Below the pieces are notes generated by a model. The model worked only from the letters and a program-made list of their open reading frames with translations, made no database searches and was not told the DNA's origin. Of a stretch of DNA of 64,000 nucleotides, positions 59,387 through 64,000 are shown piece by piece; positions within the stretch are counted from its first letter, which is position 1, and each line of letters opens with the position of its first letter. Both the position numbers and the translations under genes were made by a program. Location: the NCBI RefSeq assembly GCF_009914755.1, contig NC_060929.1. One strand, written 5' to 3'. Origin of the DNA: the human T2T-CHM13v2.0 reference genome, Homo sapiens.

Positions 59387-60156
59387 TAATTGAGTGACAT
59401 TGCTAAAACAAAACTCATTTCATCCCCAACCACCAACTAATATAAATAAGATTCCTTAGCACTTACATAAAAATAATTTAAAATAGGAATAAAACTGATG
59501 CTGAATCCCAACTTATTCTAGCAATAAAGAGCCATATGTGGATGCATCCATTGAAAAGCAGGCCTCATTCTTCTCCTTAAAAGATACGTCATGTTAAATA
59601 ATGTATCAAAATGTGTAATGTACTTACCTTGTTTTGATTAATTGGGTATCAATAAAAATTATAATGATAATGCAAATCAGAAGATTTTTTAAATAGTTAA
59701 GCCTTGAGGTCACTGAAAATTAAATTTTTATTTATATTTCAATTTTCATACATATTTCTGTTTCAAAAAATTATGATGTCATAAGGACTTTCAATCAAAA
59801 TATATTAGGCTAAAATTTGGGAGAGAAAATGAATTGGAGAGGAAGGAGGAACTTCTAACTATTTAAAAAAGAACATGTTCATCTTTTTAGTGTAGATATG
59901 TAGGCATCAATTCCTCATGATAGTCACATTCCACTGGACACACTTTAAAATGTAGTATGAGTTTTAAATGTCAATATTTATGATATGCCAGGAATTATAT
60001 CATTTACAACTATTAAATGTATAAAACTTTTAGATATTTGAAATTTAGATATAGAGATAACATTTTTAAGTGTTGGAAGGGTACATAGTTTTTCAAAGTT
60101 ATTGTACAGAACACAACAGCAAACAAACCTACATTAGGTCAGTAGTTATATGTTAA

Positions 60157-60987
60157 TGAAGCAGGAAATTTCCCCGACCCCTTCGTGGGCGGGAACTGGA
60201 GTGCATGGGCGCTGGACCCAGGCAGGAGCTTCAGCCAGGGTGAATTCCACTCACTCAAACCCACTGCGTTCTACCCCTCGTGGGACGGGGAGCGCAGGTG
60301 GGTGGTGCAGGAGCCGAGGCGAGTGCCTTTGGGCGCCACCAGGAGCAAAACTCTGTAGGTGCCATGGCAGCGTCTAGGGAGGTACCTGCAACTCCTGAAG
60401 CCCCAGAAGGAATGTTACAGTCAGTGCTCTTTTAGCTTTGCTGTCAGTGGACGGCTTAAGTGTTAACAGCTCAGTGGAGGGTCAGTGTGACAGCCTTTCG
60501 CACCTGTGCCAGAGTTCTTGTCTGGCATTCGGGAGGAATGAGGTCACATGAACAAATTAAAGATGGTAAATGCGGGGGATTTTATTGCTGGTGAAAGTGG
60601 CTCTCAGCGTGAAGGGGAGCTGAAAGGGGGACAGAGCAGGAAGATAAGCTTTCCCCAGAGTCCCGCCATCCCTCTCTGAAACTACGCCATCAAGCCGTCC
60701 CTCTGAAGTCAACCTGCTTATCTCCAATGTCCAACTGTAGTCTCTGACATCCCACTGCTTCTCCTCTTCTCCTCTTCTTCTCTCTCTGCTGGTGGAGCTT
60801 GGGGCTTTAATGGGCACAGGGATGGGGGGTGGGGTGGGCCATGGGTGGTTTTGGGAAAGGCAACATTTGAGCGGGAAAACGGGAATGCATGTTCTCACTT
60901 TGGGCCGTGGTTCCAGGCTTAAGGGTGGGGTCCTCGCAGCGAACCTGCCCTCTTCTGCCCAGAATTTCCTGCCTCCTGTCCCTATCA
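60157..60987 (-). mobile_element. ERV1 solo LTR, MER52/LTR1-like
   Basis: Minus strand starts TGATAGGGACAGGAGGCAGGAAATTCTGGGCAGAAGAGGGC; TG..CA ends; 4-bp TSD TTAA; GC-rich. Confidence 0.8.
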
Positions 60988-61300
60988 TTAATAATATCTC
61001 CAAATGCCTGGGTTGTCGAATGGGTTACCAAGGCTGCCAATGTGCAGGTCCCAGTCCAGCCAGAGCTTCAGGCTGGGTACCTCTGAGGTGGAACAGATTC
61101 CTGAGATGGACCAGGTAGCCCTCAGGGAGATTCTGGTGCCAGTAGTCCAAAGTCTACATTGGAAAATACACTCTTATCTAGGCTTTCTTTCCCCCCAGTT
61201 TTTGATAACATGGTGGTTCAGAGGTGGATTTATCTATTTGTATGTAATAGATGTAATAGTACATGCATATAGATAGTGATATAATAGTTCTTGTATTGTA

Positions 61301-61448
61301 ACTTGAATTCTTAAATTTGTAGATAAAGTTGCCCAGTTTTATTACTTCCTTCCATATATTTCCTCCCAAAGTCCACTTGAATTCTTAAATTTGTAGATAA
61401 AGTTGCCCAGTTTTATTACTTCCTTCCATATATTTCCTCCCAAAGTCC
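61301..61448. repeat. Perfect 74-bp tandem duplication
   Basis: 61301-61374 is identical to 61375-61448. Confidence 0.97.
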
Positions 61449-61559
61449 ACACATGACAACAGCTTAACACCATGCAAGAAGCCAGGTGAACTGGAAAGGC
61501 CTCACAGAGGAAGTGACAGAACTAGGTTTGAGCTCCAAACAATAATATGGGAGAAGAAC

Positions 61560-62325
61560 TGTGTAAATCACTTGTCTCTAACACACACACACACACACAC
61601 ACACATTTGCCATGCAATTCTGATGTGAACTACCTGGAATCTGTGCAGATTTCACAAGTTAAGGGCACAATCTCCTATAAAACTGCTCTCACTTCAGATA
61701 CCAGTTACAAGCTTGGGGATTCCCCAGGCCGTGCACACTTCTGACTAGCTGGCTACAACTCCAGGAGTTCCCACAATCCCTCATGTTTGATAATTTGCTA
61801 GAATGGCTCACAGAACCCAAGAAAACACTATACTTGGAAACACAGTTTTGTTATAAAGAATAAAACTGAGAAACAGCCAAATGAAGACACTCACAGGGCA
61901 AGGTCTGGGACATCCCAAACTCGAAGCTTCTGTGTCTGGAGGACATGTCATCCTTGTGGTACGTAAAAGGTGTGTCACTAACCAGTAATCTGCCTTAAGC
62001 TTCAGATATTTAGAGTTTTTATTAAAGCTTCATTATGTAAACATGATTGATTGAAGCCAGTCTCCAGCTCCCCTCCCCACCACCCCCCAGAGATCTGGCT
62101 GATAGCATGTGGCTCAAGATCCCAGAATTCTAATCACATGGTTGGTCTTTCTGGGATGACCAGCCCCATTCTGAGTTATCTCATTAGCATAAACTCAAGT
62201 GTGGCCCAAGGGGCCCACTGTGAGTTAGGAAGACACTCCTTTCTAATTACTCAGAAACTTCTAAGGATTTAGAGGTTACCTCCCAGGAACCAAGGACAAA
62301 GACCAGCCAAATTCTTTAATACACA
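61560..62325 (-). mobile_element. LTR, MER21-like, with internal (AC)n
   Basis: cacttctgactagctggctaca..gagttcccacaatccctc..ttgataatttgctagaatggctcacagaac...ccaggaaccaaggacaaagacca. Confidence 0.7.
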
Positions 62326-63445
62326 ATACTATTCTTAAAACCCTTTCATTGTTTCTCATTACCTTTAGGATATATATCGACACGGTCCACAGGGCCCCGC
62401 ATGATCATTTTCCAGCCATTTTTACCTGTCTCATTTCCTCCTTCACTCCCTGCTCAGAGGGAAGGAGCAAACAGATACACTGGACTTCTGTTAGCTCCTC
62501 AAATACATTAGGCTCATTCCTGTCAAACAGCCCTTTCCATATATTTTATCTTCCTGAAACAATCTCTACCCTCAACTTTTCTTAATAAATCCCAAAAATA
62601 CTCAGATCTCAGCTCAAATATTACTTCCCCAAATCTCCTGACCTCATCTGAGTTCCCAGAATATTTCTCAGGTCTCTGTTCTTCCTGTTGTACATTCTCA
62701 TAAAATGTGTACTTCTCACTGTTTATACTTGTAAGTAAATGCTTAATTGTGTAATGAGTTGTTTATTGCTTGTCTCCTCTGCTAGAATGGAAACTCAATA
62801 ATCTCAGGTATTATCTGAGCCTTATACAATTCCTTGCATATAATACTTTTTCCAATAAACAATTATTAGATGAAAGGAAGAATGGAATCAATAACTGAGT
62901 AAATGCTGCTTTTAAGCATTCCTAAGGACCTCCATCTTTCCAGTAGTGAAAACTCCTTAGATCTGTACTGTCTGTCTCAAAACTTTTAAAGATTTATATA
63001 TCGGGACTGTGTGACTTATTAACCCCAACATTATTGGCAAGTTAACTACAGCCTTCTCTTTACAGTTCATCAGCCCCAGATTATAATCTTTCTCACTCCC
63101 CAGGGAGTAAAATCGTCCCTGATCCTGGAAGACATATTAATTGGTTTATTTTCACTCTTTTTTTTCTCTTTCCCCCAGTGAATCAGGTTTCACCTTAAAG
63201 CCCATAACATAAAATTTAAGCCTGCTAGATATAATAGTCTAGAAGTCTAATAACAATAGCCTACCAAGAAAAAGATGATTGTTCTAACCTAGCAACAAAT
63301 GACAAATGTGTAAATGTTTCACTTCTCTAAATCCCTTAATAATGTTAACTCGTAATCTCAGTTGCTCTCAATCCTGGTTATATATTAGAGTTACCTGAGT
63401 GCTTAAAAAAATGCTGATACTCTGTTAAAGCAGATCTCTGTCTGA

Positions 63446-63772
<327 letters not shown>

Positions 63773-64000
63773 AGGCATTGGTCTATTTTTAAATGTCCCA
63801 GGTGATTAAAAATGTGCCGTCAGTCATGACCACTGGGGTAGCTGAAGCATTAATCACAGTCATGGCTGGGTACATAAATTCATTCCCACCAGGGGCATAT
63901 GTCATGTCTCCTAATATTCTACTTGCTTAACCCTGGTTAAAATGCAAATACATTATCTGAAAAAGGATAGTGGCTGTGCAGAAAGCCCTTGGGTGGCTGC

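Noticed and set aside
60557-61118. 148-aa and 108-aa ORFs
   Set aside because: They lie within a GC-rich LTR and show no retroviral protein motifs.

Overview
This is primate, almost certainly human, genomic DNA containing most of ERAP1 (ER aminopeptidase 1, M1 family) on the minus strand. It holds the CpG-island promoter and non-coding exon 1 (~30.7 kb) and 17 coding exons (exons 2-18, 26737 down to 3246), each bounded by AG/GT. The last coding exon(s) lie off the left edge. The right half (32-64 kb) is repeat-rich upstream DNA (Alu, LTR, L1, DNA transposons) with no supportable protein gene. The main anomaly is exon 13: it is 180 nt where the splice phases require 3n+1 (184 in canonical ERAP1). 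A 4-nt loss after Leu620 creates a frameshift and a TAA stop at 8666-8668, on an E56-P127-I276-G346-M349-R528-D575-R725-E730 background. Also notable: a perfect 107-bp non-Alu inverted repeat at 43.0-43.5 kb, a perfect 74-bp tandem duplication at 61.3 kb, and a MER41A-type LTR beside the interferon-responsive promoter. I see no evidence of a new multi-gene system. Repeat boundaries and subfamily names were judged by eye and are approximate.
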